The notes beneath the pieces are model-generated. The model did no database searches. It was not told the origin of the DNA and saw only the letters and a list, made by a program, of their open reading frames with translations. A stretch of DNA of 63,992 bases, counting the filler. It is 7 parts of 7 records of this genome, joined end to end, with 100 filler letters (N's around TTAATTAATTAA, not from the genome) between each part and the next. Parts side by side here need not be neighbours in the genome. Positions count along the whole stretch, not along the records: positions 58,932 to 63,992 come from DRR723986_46677; 6 more parts are not named here. One strand, 5' to 3'. How positions within the stretch are numbered: position 1 is the first letter of the stretch; the number at the start of each line of letters is the position of its first letter. Made by a program: the position numbers and the translations under genes. Shown piece by piece: positions 63,987 through 63,992 of the stretch.

Positions 63987-63992
63987 AATTAT

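Overview
This window is not one locus. It is seven unrelated contigs joined by identical artificial 100-nt spacers (44 N + TTAATTAATTAA + 44 N). (1) 1-8087, Burkholderiales-like (possibly Limnobacter, inferred): DUF2804, rubredoxin, mrp/apbC, a divergent proline-iminopeptidase-like hydrolase, a CesT-like orphan, dcd, an orphan membrane-type ORF and a partial Orn/Lys/Arg decarboxylase. (2) 8188-13986, betaproteobacterial rpoB'-rpoC-rpsL-rpsG-fusA'. (3) 14087-38373, AT-rich Bacteroidota (Flavobacteriales-like): ribE, two T9SS cargo proteins, pepA-pdxA-yceD-rpmF-fabH-accB-lipoprotein-accC, a porP-like gene, an oligopeptide-type SBP, asd, a GAF histidine kinase, pyk, a cyclase and rimP-nusA-infB'. 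(4) 38474-46217, exopolysaccharide cluster (GT4, WcaF-like, UDP-GlcA decarboxylase, GT2, methyltransferase, wza, wzc'). (5) 46318-52910, Rhodobacteraceae-like: DUF1289', a 2OG-Fe(II)-like oxygenase, TauE, dusA, an SDR, a glycine-zipper lipoprotein, a membrane AraC regulator and dctM'. (6) 53011-58831, Marinobacter-like mlaD'-mlaC-mlaB-ibaG-murA-hisG-hisD-hisC plus an intergenic repeat. (7) 58932-63992, Planctomycetota-like sugar transferase and metH. Most content is housekeeping. The best leads, all unverified, are a possible type III secretion chaperone/effector pair with an hrp-box-like promoter around dcd, a Met-box-like 8-bp array upstream of a planctomycete-like metH, and 22-bp-periodic direct repeats between a membrane AraC gene and a lipoprotein gene. 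Taxonomic and family calls come from sequence recognition, not from database searches.
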